Below are positions 54,102 through 64,000 of a stretch of DNA of 64,000 bases, one piece after another. Source of the DNA: Octopus vulgaris (Eukaryota); the NCBI GenBank assembly GCA_951406725.2, contig OX597825.1, positions 64,976,001-65,040,000 on the forward strand, given 5' to 3'. Within the stretch, counting starts at the first letter, position 1; each line of letters starts with the position of its first letter. Position numbers and translations under genes: made by a program. The notes beneath the pieces were generated by a model. It was not told the origin of the DNA and made no database searches. It saw nothing but the letters and a program-made list of their open reading frames with translations.

Positions 54102-54866
54102 ATTTGAGCAGAGTGTGTGCAACTGTGTTGACGGCCACGTGCTTGCCATCAGCTATGTCGCTACTCTGACTACTATTGCCGTCTTTAGGTAGATGCATGT
54201 TTAGTTGTCACCAGATGTTCTACTGCAATTTCTCACGGGAACCGTTGAGATGTCATCACATTTCACCCCAACCTGTACCTCTACCTACCTACCTATGTCA
54301 ATGCTATCCACCTTTCCGCCGCCATCATGTTTGCTCTCTTTTCTATTTGATGTTGTTGTTGTTGTTGTTGTTGCCGTCTTCTTGTTGTTGTTGTTGCTGT
54401 TATCGTCGTACTTATCGTTGCAGTCGTTATCCTTGTTTGTATTGTCATTGTGCTTTAAACTACCAACGTAAATCGAACCAAGTACGTGTCTTTAGTAATT
54501 AATTTCATTGAACCAGGATGACTTAAATTAAGACGACCATATAACGATAATAATAATAGTAATGATAAGGATGATCATGATGGTGATAATGATGATGATG
54601 ATGATGATGATGATGGCAGTGATGACGGGGATGATAAAAATGGATCAATTAGATCAAGATGAAATAATTATCGTAAAAATGACGACGGCAATGACGACGA
54701 TATGATGATAATGATTAAGATGACGGTGACGATGTAGACGACGGATGTGGGTCTGAGAGAGTTGATGACGGCGACTATGATGATGATCATGATGATGATC
54801 ATGATGACCATGATGATGTGGATTATTATAATTATAATGGTAGCAATCATTAGTATATCGATTCTA

Positions 54867-55022
54867 AAGGCAGCGAGCAGTCATGATCGTTAGCACGCCG
54901 GGCGAAATGCTTAGCCGCATTTCGTCTGTCTTTACACTCTGATTTCAAATTCCCCCGAGGTCGACTTTGCCTTGCACGCTTTCGGGGTGGTAAAAATAAG
55001 TACCAGTTGAGTACTGGGGGGT
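54867..55022 (+). mobile_element. SINE family A, 3'-truncated
   Basis: AAGGCAGCGAGCAG...GTTAGCACGCCGGGCGAAATGCTTAG...AAATAAGTACCAGTTGAGTACTGGGG. Confidence 0.8.
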
Positions 55023-55174
55023 CTTGTGAAAAATTTGAAACCATTATTATGTTGAGTCTAGTAATCACAATGAGAACAACGAGTCGAATATATCGCTGCA
55101 GGAAGGCTCTACCCATGAGATACGAGAGACAAATTTCTCTCGAATAATAATGTACTATCCTATAAATACCATAT

Positions 55175-55505
55175 CGTATCAGTGGTAAGAACGACTGGTT
55201 CACAATCATTAGGTAGTGAGTTCTATTCCCGGGCCGGCTTGTGAGTTGTGTTCTTGAACAAGAGACTTATTTCAAGTTGCTCTAATTCACTCAGCTGTAG
55301 AAATGAGTTGCGATGTCACTGGTGCCAAGATGTATCAGCCTTTGCCTTTCCCTTGGATAACACTGGTGGCATGGAGAGGGGAGGCTGGTATGCGTGGGTG
55401 ATTGCTGGTCTTCAATAGACAACGTTACCCAGACTTGTACCTCGGAGAGGGAACTTTGTAGGTGCAATCCAACAGTCATTCATCACAGAAGTGGGTCTTT
55501 TTTTA
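55175..55505 (+). mobile_element. tRNA-derived CORE-like SINE family D
   Basis: Collinear with 39562-39899. Confidence 0.8.
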
Positions 55506-55556
55506 CTTTATCGTCAAACTAAATATCACATTATTTTAATATTGCAAACAAATTTA

Positions 55557-55866
55557 GGCGCAGAAGTGGTTCGGTGGCAACATCTTTTCTTCCCAACCAT
55601 ATGGTTTCGAGTTCAGCCTCACCGCTTCGCACCTTGATCAAATGTCTTCAACTGTAGTCCTGGACCGACAAATATCTTGTGAGTGAATCTGACAGACGGA
55701 AACTGAAAGAAGTCTGTCGTATATGCATAAACGTATGTGTGTGCACGTGTGTTTGTGTATGTGTGTATGCCTTTGCATATGTTTTTACATCTCCCACCGC
55801 ATGATATTTGAGTCGGTTTGTTTACGTGCTCGTAAATTAGGGATTCGGTAAAAGTGGTTAATAGAA
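55557..55866 (+). mobile_element. SINE family B, degenerate
   Basis: GGCGCAG head, CCCAACCATATGGTT, GACGGAAACTGAAAGAAG and internal (TG)n. Confidence 0.7.
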
Positions 55867-56209
55867 GCAGCACTTCTTATTGGCTGCTGTCTTTGCTAGC
55901 TCGTTGGTTTTAATAACATTAATTATAACAGCATAGTTTTGAGATCATCATTTTATCATATTAAATCCTAGATTAATTATCTAGCTTTTTGCGTATACAA
56001 TTCTATTAATCGGTCGGTTGAACTCCACCTCCTTATATTCCATGATTGATCATCGTGCTTATTCGATACGGTGATATTAATTCATCATATTATATTTGAA
56101 TCCTTAGTCAGCAATCAATTGTGATATTAATTATAATTTTAATTTGAGTATTAATAATGTATAATTGCACACCATGCACACATTTGAATAACAGAAACAT
56201 AGGGATTAA

Positions 56210-56440
56210 GAAGGTGAGCTGGAAGAAATTTTAGCACGCCGGGCGAAGTGCTTAACGTTATTTCGTCTGCCGCTACGTTCTGCGTTCAAATTCCGCCGAG
56301 GTCAACTTTGCCTTTCATCCTTTCGAGGTCGATTACATAAGTACCAGTAACGCACTGGAGTCGATATAATCGACTTAATCCGTTTGCCTGTCCTTGTTTG
56401 TCCCTTCTGTGTGTAGCCCCTTGTGGGCTGTAAAGAAATA
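56210..56440 (+). mobile_element. SINE family A monomer with TSD
   Basis: 17-bp duplication AGAAACATAGGGATTAA at 56193-56209 and 56441-56457. Confidence 0.92.
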
Positions 56441-56477
56441 AGAAACATAGGGATTAAATTTTAATGGATAATTCCAG

Positions 56478-56815
56478 ACGCAGGTGTGACACCAAAGTTA
56501 ACAGGCTCGCTGTTTCAGTCTCAATGCGCGGCACCTTGCACAATATCTCCGGTCCGACCAATGCCTTGTAAGGAAATTTGATAAACGAAAACTCTGAGGA
56601 AACCCGTTGTTTGTGTGTGTGCCTGTCTTTATGTCTGCGTTTACCTCCCTCCCTACTCACACCGCTTTATGTCCTTGTAATTTGGAGGTTCGACAAAAGA
56701 GAGGCTACAACATGTACCGGACTTTTAAGATAAACACTGGATATGATTTAGTCGACTAAAACTCTTCAAGGCTATAAAAACTCAGCGTAGTTTCTGTCAA
56801 ATGCCAGTAAAGATA
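56478..56815 (+). mobile_element. SINE family B, degenerate
   Basis: GGCACCTTG, CCGACCAATGCCTTGT and CGACTAAAACTCTTCAAGGC motifs shared with other B copies. Confidence 0.6.
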
Positions 56816-57094
56816 AGCAAAATTAAATAAGTAGGTTAATGATTTGACAATCGCAATTAACTACTCTTAAAAGCTTGCGATGTTTTTGGTAGATCCCACT
56901 TAATCTCTTATTCAATATGGCTATGATGAGAACAGGAATGCTCAAGCTCTGGTTTCGCTGTTTTGAATATCTAAACCTCCGCTCTCTCATTTGTCATTGG
57001 TTACTACGCGATTTGGTGGAGACTTGACTGCAATTTCTAGCGGCTTCGTTACTCGTTACAGAGGCGTCTAGTTTATCAATCTTAATCACAAACA

Positions 57095-57155
<61 letters not shown>

Positions 57156-57237
57156 GCGCACAATCTCTCTCTCTCTCTCTCTCCCACTCTCTTTTTCTCC
57201 CCTTCTCTCTCACTCTCTAAATTTGTTTATCAGATAG

Positions 57238-57361
57238 ATGCAGACATGGCTCCGTAGTTGAGAACGTTTGCATACGAATGGCCAGGGGTTCAGCTAGTGA
57301 CATGTAAAGCTGATAAACAGAAACTGTGTGTCATCCCATCGTGTGTCAATGTGTCCATGTA

Positions 57362-57397
<36 letters not shown>

Positions 57398-57582
57398 TTT
57401 TCGTCTGTCTGTCCCCAACACCATCGCTTGACAATATGTTTGCTAATGTCTACGTAACTTAGGTCTTTGACCAAAGAGGTCAATATAACATGTACTACGG
57501 TCGGTGTCTTCAACCAAACCTTTCCAGTCGGTGACTCGGCCTGGCTGTATTCCAGTGATTGAAGCAAGTAAAAGATAAAAGA
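57238..57582 (+). mobile_element. SINE family B, degenerate
   Basis: Internal (TG)n, CACCATCGCTTGACAA and tail AAGTAAAAGATAAAAGA. Confidence 0.6.
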
Positions 57583-57772
57583 TTTGTATTCTTTTCGTGA
57601 ATATTATAACTCTAAAATGAAATATTGCCAGGATCCACTTTGCCTTTTATCTTTACTGGAACAACAAATCAAAATACAAGTTGACATCAGCGAGTGAGTA
57701 GAATATTATGATATTGGTATAGAATTCTCTGAGGAATATCTCGGAAAATATCCCCAGATTTTTGCATTTCCG

Positions 57773-57994
57773 TTTATCCTTTATCTTTCACTTCTTCCAA
57801 ACTTTAGACAGCGGTCATACTAGGGCACTACCATGACATATTTTTAGTCAAATGAATGGATCCCAGTACTTATTTTTTAAACCTGGTACTTATTTTATCG
57901 GGCGTTTTTGCCCAACCGCTAAGTTACGAGTGTGCAAGCAAACCGACACTGATTGTTAAGCAGTGGTGGGAACCCAACCACGAATTGAAAGGCA

Positions 57995-58032
<38 letters not shown>

Positions 58033-58262
58033 TACACACATACACACATGGACACACACACACACGCAAACACAAATACATACACACACACATGTATACA
58101 CATGACGGGCTTCCTTCAGTTTCTGTCTACAAAATCCACTCACAAGGTTTTGGTCGACCCGAGACTATAGTACAAAACACTTGCCCAAGGTGTTGCACAG
58201 TAGGACTCAGCCCGGAACCGTATGGTTGGAAAGCAAGCTTCCAGCCACAAAACCACGAGACC
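57773..58262 (-). mobile_element. SINE family B, near full length
   Basis: Reverse-complement B motifs with internal (CA)n; ACACTTGCCCAAGGTG and GGTTGGAAAGCAAGCTT near the head. Confidence 0.8.
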
Positions 58263-58856
58263 ACCTAATTGATCAGTTTGACCCATCGCCCCAGTTTACA
58301 TCACCACCTAATCTTTTGAAAACTTTGCAAAGACTCCAGTTTGAAGATAATTTCCTTCGAAACTCTGAGAAACTCTGAAAATGTAAAGAATAATGAGTGT
58401 TGCCCTTCCACGATCAAGAGAGTAAAAATAACAAAAGAAAAGATAAACGAAAATTTAAGACGAAGGGGTGGACAGACGTCAGTATGTTAGCTATAACACA
58501 CTGAAGTAAACACAATTTCACACTTGATCTAAAAGAATTTTTCGTCTGAATAAAAATTTTACAAATTCAGAAACGGAAAAACCTAATTAGGTAAAAATTT
58601 GTGTAAGTGAAATATTGCAAAAAAATTACTCGAAAAATCATTTAACAAATGAACGTGAACTGATATCTCAGCAAATAATAATTCAATGATAAATGACTTT
58701 AAAGATATTTTTTAAGAAAATAATAATTACTTAATATGATTTTACTACGTTGAAAAATGATTTTCAATAATGATGATGGCACAAAATATTCTTTGTTATA
58801 ACAAAGTGAAACATAAGAAAATAGATATTGCCTTTTACGTATCGAATGTGTATATA

Positions 58857-59239
58857 TCTCTCTCTATATAAACGGCAGTTTGTCTGTGCGTTTTCTGTGT
58901 GTCTGTTTTCTCGTACCCTCACCCTGACCACGGCTTTCAACCGATTCTGATGAACATTGACACACACATAGCCCAATGTCATAATTCAAAACTAACGCAG
59001 CGAAAATTTTGAAAAGTTCCCCCAGTTCTGAAAAAAATCGATAAATTCGACATGGGGTCGAGAATCAGAAACCCAAACCACAGACCGTCTAGGGGACGCA
59101 ACTCCACCTTTTTTAACTCTCAAAAAAAATTTACCATCATTTTTTTTCCATTTTTTTGCTATTTTTTGGCTATAACTCTCTAAAAATGCTTTATAGTTAT
59201 TTCCCTTACAAACCTGAGCAACGCCGAGTGATACTGCTA

Positions 59240-59240
<1 letters not shown>
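58857..59240 (+). mobile_element. Non-autonomous Helitron, copy 2 (384 bp)
   Basis: A|TCTCTCTCTATATAAA ... CCTGAGCAACGCCGAG ... CTAG|T (59237-59240); collinear with 6405-6777; followed by (TA)n. Confidence 0.85.
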
Positions 59241-59334
<94 letters not shown>

Positions 59335-59896
59335 CATACATACACACAGACTTTGTTTCCAATGAAAAGATAGCGATAAATGCGCACATAGGCAAATTTG
59401 AAGTGTCTCCACGTAGAATCCATGACGAAATTACCTCACAAGTGGTTAGTTACCTGAGTCTAAAGTAAGAGACAATTGGCCAAAATGCTCTGGGATGGCC
59501 ATGAACAGAAAACACGTAGTTTTGACTTTAACTATATAAATACACAGCCATGCCTGCGCCAGGTTCTGACTTCACTTCACGCCCCCTCTCATTAGCATCG
59601 ACTTACCTCGCAAGCTTCTTACCTCGCAGTCACGCCTGTCTGCGCCTCTGTGTGTCTCTTATTAGAATATGTGTGCATGTATGTGTTGAGGGAAAAATTG
59701 AGGTAGGAGAACTCCCTCATGTATTGGGGTAACGTTTAAACTATAAATTTAACTATTTCTTGAAGTCGTTGCCAGTGGCTTCATAGCACAGCTATCTTCG
59801 AAAGCGGCACACGAATACACACTGTATGTATACACACAGCGTATACATATATAACTACAAACATATATACATACGCGTTTGAGGGTTTAATATATA

Positions 59897-60129
59897 TATT
59901 TCTTTACTACCCACAAGGGGCTAAACATAGAGGGGACAAACAAGGACAGACAAAGAGATTAAGTCGATTACATTGACCCCAGTGCGAAACTGGTACTTTA
60001 TTTATCGACCCCGAAAGGATGAAAGGCAAAGTCGACCTCGGCGGAATTTGAACTCACAACGTAACGACAGACGAAATACGGCTACGCATTTCGCCCGGCG
60101 TGCTAACGTTTCTGCCAGCTCGCCGCCTT
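59897..60129 (-). mobile_element. SINE family A monomer
   Basis: Near-consensus reverse copy; TTTAATATAT duplicated at 59886-59895 and 60128-60137. Confidence 0.92.
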
Positions 60130-60619
60130 TAATATATTTGTGAGTCTGAGTACGTGTGTGTGTATTTAAGCATGTGATCTTGTGTCTGTGTAAATTAATT
60201 ATCAATTTTACTCTTATTGCGTTATATATATCTTATATATTCACTCACCTGTCGCTATTATTTTTCATTTATCCTTTCTATTCTCCGATTCATCTCTCTT
60301 CTTTACTATGATCTTTTCCTTTACGTGTGACTTCGTTCCCTTTTGCCAGAATTTTCCTTTCAATTTCATCTCTGCCAATTCTTACCTCCTACGCAATCCA
60401 TCTAGACAAGCGTTAATGTTTTCATTCTTTTATTCTCTTAATCAATTTTCTTCTTCATTTTTTTTTCTTATTAGTACCAATTCATTCTCATTATCCTCTT
60501 GTTTTTTTTTTCTTTTTTCCTAAAAAAACACAGAAATAAATCACGATTTGCTGCAATTTCTATATATGTCATTCGTTCTCCATCTTTACACTCAGTGTCC
60601 TTTTCATAAGCAGATACAC

Positions 60620-60666
60620 ATATGTACATGTTTGTGTGTGTATATAAGTACACACGCGCACACACT

Positions 60667-60761
<95 letters not shown>

Positions 60762-61084
60762 ATATCTGTGTGTACAAATATAAATATATATATATATACA
60801 TGCATACATATATGTATATATGTATGTATGTATGTATATATCTGTGTGTACAAATATAAATATATATATATGCATACATATATGCATGTATATATGTAAT
60901 GAGTACGTATGTATACGCATTTATGTATATATATTAATATAGATATGTGTTTGTGTGTATAAAGATGTTTTTCTATCGATCTTCATTACATCTCTTCCAT
61001 CAATCTATCCGTCATATGCTCTGCATCTTTAAATCAGAGAGACATATGTGTATGTCTGTGCGTGTACCTATATATGTATGTATT

Positions 61085-61133
<49 letters not shown>

Positions 61134-61230
61134 GGGGATACACACATATATGTATATTTATATTAATATATACATATATATACACACGCACACGAACATA
61201 GAAATATATTTCTGTATATATGCATTATAT
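60620..61230. repeat. Compound (CA)n/(TA)n/(GA)n microsatellite field
   Basis: Directly visible. Confidence 0.85.
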
Positions 61231-61849
61231 AAGCAAATGATTGTGTCTATATTTGTATTCATGTGCATCACGAAGCAGGCCTATAAACTTGCCCATATAT
61301 CAGGTCAAACATGCCTGCATGTGCATACTTAAGTACGAACGCTCTCATAAAGAATCTACGAAATACTTATTTCTCAAACCTGACCTAGTATTCTTACAGT
61401 GCCTGTGACTTTATGAGCTCCCTTAAAGATATGGAAGATACACGTTGTGAATATTTTATTGCTCCCCTGAAAATATGGAAGCCTCATATCGTATATACTT
61501 TATTCTTGTCTTCAATCTTTCGGATGTAGATTTGGCACGAACAGCGGTTAGACAGATGAGATGCAGTGCGCTCAAAAGATGATTCCCTGGATTTTAAATG
61601 CTGAAATACTTAAGACACGACATGTAGTGTTTATTTGGTTTCTGGGATGTCGTTGAAAATATTTCAGCCAATTACAGTTGAAGATATGGCTATATGGGGT
61701 TCTGTGCTCATTTCCACTGCACGGAAGCATGGACGAATGACTTTTATAATAACATTCGTCGCAAAGATACCAATTCATAGTTCAGTAAACTGGATCAACG
61801 TGAAATTAAGTAGACGTTACGAGCCTACTCTCTTCTATACATACCTACA

Positions 61850-61978
<129 letters not shown>

Positions 61979-62169
61979 GGACGAGGAAGTAAGAAGAAAA
62001 ATAAGCAAAAAATGCTTTTATGAAAAGTAACGATAGGGATACACAATTAGAAGAACTGAGATAAGAATTAAAGTAATAAAACTCATTATTGTGAATTGTT
62101 AAAGAGATTCAAAAGCATTCCGGTTTCTACGTGTAGTTTCTATTTTCTTTTTGTAACATATTTCAATTA

Positions 62170-62241
<72 letters not shown>

Positions 62242-62245
<4 letters not shown>

Positions 62246-62362
62246 AAGAGCGTAGTCTCGAAACGTCAAAGGATTTTCCATTCTTCCCGAGAGTTAAACT
62301 AATACACCTATTTGTTGTTTGCTTGTCTGTGTTCGTCCTTTGTTTCCTGTAAATTTGAACTA
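62242..62362 (+). mobile_element. Family G short element, truncated within its hammerhead-like motif
   Basis: TGAAGAGCGTAGTCTCGAAACGTCAAAG (62244-62271) followed by TTCCCGAG...ACTAATACA as in 35030-35130; starts at (TA)n. Confidence 0.7.
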
Positions 62363-64000
62363 TATGTATGTATGTATGCATATATTCGTGTCCAGGTATA
62401 TGTATATATGTGTGTATATATATCGCGTGTATGTATATCTGCGTCTCTGTATGGCTCTTAACTTAGCATTTCAGGGAACTGATTTTCGGTAAGATGATTA
62501 ATGAACTCTTTAACAGAGCTGATCTTATAAAATAAACTCTTGAATGTGGTACCTCAATATGGCCACAGTAAAACTGTATCGACTTCGTTCCTCCTCACTA
62601 GACAATTGTTCGTGTGCTTCGGCGAAAAAAAATCACAGTATTATTATTATTACGAAGAATGTTTATCTCGACATGAATACACAACTATGTTTGACTTTGT
62701 ACCTGATTAAGTTACTAAGTTGTTCTTTAAAACCTGTCATTAATATATCGTTATGTGGCTTCACACCCGTATAGTCAATCTCCACCCGACGTCTCTCTTT
62801 CTTTCTTGCTCTTTTCATCTCTCTCTTTTTCACTCTCCTCTCTCTCTCTCTCTCTCTCTTTCTCATTAATACGTGTGAAAGAACAATAATTCTTGATAAT
62901 ATCTCAGAGAAACCTGATAGCAAAATATTTGTCTTTCAAAAGAAAATCTTGAAAATATTCCGGACTAAGAAACAAACGGAAAAATATACATTCACTTATG
63001 TTTTGTTTCCTCTTGGCATCGTTTCAAGTGTTTTTTCTTCTTTCCTTTCATTTTTTTTTTAATCTCTTCTGTTTAGATAGCTAAACTTCTAAGTAATCCC
63101 ACTTGAACAGCCCTAGACTTTCAGAAGTCTTCTGCCAAAAAATTACAAGATAAACATAAATGTTTGTGAAAAAAATCGACCACCTGCACAGCTGAAATAT
63201 GAGCAAACCATTTCGATCACTATGCGTATAATATAATGTAGAAATTATTCAGATTTAAGAAATACATCTTTGCCAATATTTTCTCAGCAAGAACTTCTCT
63301 TTGTACACCTGCCTTTATTATAGAAATCTCTCAATATAGTAACCAGTTTGATATAACGTATTCAAGTAGAAGCGTAACCCTTTTACATGCATTTCTACCT
63401 ACCGCCAGCTATTCCCCTGCAAAACATTAAACACAATCTCTCTTGTGTACTCCTCACCCCTAAAGAAAACTGAACCCTTTTGTAAGTGATTCCACCTCTT
63501 ATGAACTCCCCAATATTTCACACTTAACGAAAAAATAATATGCTTGTAGCCTGTAATGAATCATCTCTTATTTCTACCTCAGGAATCCCTCAAAGCACAC
63601 AGCACTTTTCATCGCTTTCCTTGTAAGAAACAAAAGAAAAGTATAAACGAACATTTTACTCTGATCTGATCACAGAACATGTTTTTGTTCGTTCACTTTT
63701 TCTCATAGTGTTGCTATAGTAATTCTATAACCTGTGATGCCAGCTGTTATATTTTCTTTCATTTTCTTAGTTTCAACTTAAATTTCTTTACTTTCTCATG
63801 AAAGAAAGGATAAATCGCTTCTCTGTGTTTTTTTTTTAATCATTTCTGTCAGGTATTTTACAGCTTGTTGCGCTTTTCGAAGTTTAACTCTTCTATCTTA
63901 AATCACGCTCAGTTTATTTTGATAAATAAAATCAACGTTTGTAACTACCTTCCAAATAAACTACGTTTTATTTATTTTTTTAAAAAATTGAACGAGTTTA

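Overview
AT-rich, microsatellite-saturated animal DNA with no recognisable host protein-coding exon. The SINE families look like those I associate with octopod (Octopus-like) cephalopod genomes; this is recognition from memory, not a database match. Almost all ORFs in the supplied track are translations of (TA)n, (CA)n, (GATA)n or (TAA)n tracts. The real content is transposable elements: at least four SINE families (about 25 copies, several with target-site duplications); 3' fragments of RTE, R4/Dong and L1/Tx1 LINEs; two decayed Tc1/mariner elements; a pogo/Tc2-type MITE; a fold-back element; and two copies of a non-autonomous Helitron. The most notable signal is a set of short non-coding elements embedded in (TA)n tracts that carry minimal type-I hammerhead ribozyme motifs with palindromic stem III (about 10 motifs of varying integrity, at least 5 apparent families). 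These include a 353-nt terminally redundant monomer whose relatives show covariation in the ribozyme and read-through of the monomer junction, and a spacer-less 169-nt palindrome with a hammerhead on each strand. Together they suggest a Penelope pLTR / retrozyme-like system. The dominant SINE also appears to share its 3' tail with a Tx1/L1-type LINE in the same window. All alignments and pairings were made by eye.
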